A stretch of DNA of 64,000 nucleotides from an uncultured Clostridium sp. (lineage in GTDB: Bacteria; Bacillota; Clostridia; Lachnospirales; Lachnospiraceae), in contig CAMWYJ010000002.1 in NCBI GenBank assembly GCA_947178445.1, positions 96,479 to 160,478 on the forward strand. Reading direction: 5' to 3'. The notes beneath the pieces are model-generated. The model had not been told where the DNA came from. It searched no databases and saw only the letters and a list, made by a program, of their open reading frames with translations. This document shows positions 63,941-64,000 of this stretch, one piece after another (position 1 is the stretch's first letter; every line of letters begins with the position of its first letter). Both the position numbers and the translations under genes were made by a program.

Positions 63941-63990
63941 AATGCTCCCATATAAGCAAGCTTCATTCCTCTCACTTATATGGGAGCATT
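63941..63990. repeat. Perfect 16-bp inverted repeat (hairpin) without a U-tract
   Basis: AATGCTCCCATATAAG-18 nt-CTTATATGGGAGCATT. Confidence 0.6.
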
Positions 63991-64000
63991 ACTATTCCCC

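Overview
This is a low-GC Gram-positive chromosomal segment, probably Clostridia or Lachnospiraceae-like, judging by SipL-like and SleB-like sporulation genes and GGAGG-type ribosome-binding sites. About 90% of genes are on the minus strand.

- **1-23 kb:** regulators (XRE, an OmpR/histidine-kinase pair, an ECF sigma/anti-sigma pair, a REC-ComFB fusion), housekeeping genes (cls, metY, an MsbA-like ABC exporter, sppA, an acyl-CoA carboxyltransferase) and sporulation-associated genes. Intergenic regions carry a family of GC-rich hairpin and MITE-like repeats and a 20-bp tandem array.
- **23-36 kb:** a Maf-type (flagellin) glycosyltransferase translationally coupled to an acidic Ig-like surface protein and a degenerate ABC-2 pair. 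The region also holds an atypically short flagellin, decayed toxin and mobile-element remnants (a WHH nuclease, an Rpn-like fragment) and a secreted tandem-repeat protein.
- **36-63.4 kb:** one co-directional, AT-rich glycan island of about 27 kb.
  - It has a complete pseudaminic acid pathway (pseB, C, H, G, I, F).
  - Three carrier-protein-centred acyl modules are interleaved with it: two KASIII/KR/MaoC, adenylase/SDR, and FkbH.
  - It also carries FdtA/FdtB-like genes, a GT2, a pyruvyltransferase and a glycerophosphate module with two TagD and two TagF genes.

The island is my best candidate for undescribed chemistry. I recognised no rRNA, tRNA, CRISPR array or intact transposase or integrase. 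All functional calls rest on motif recognition by eye; no searches or computations were run.
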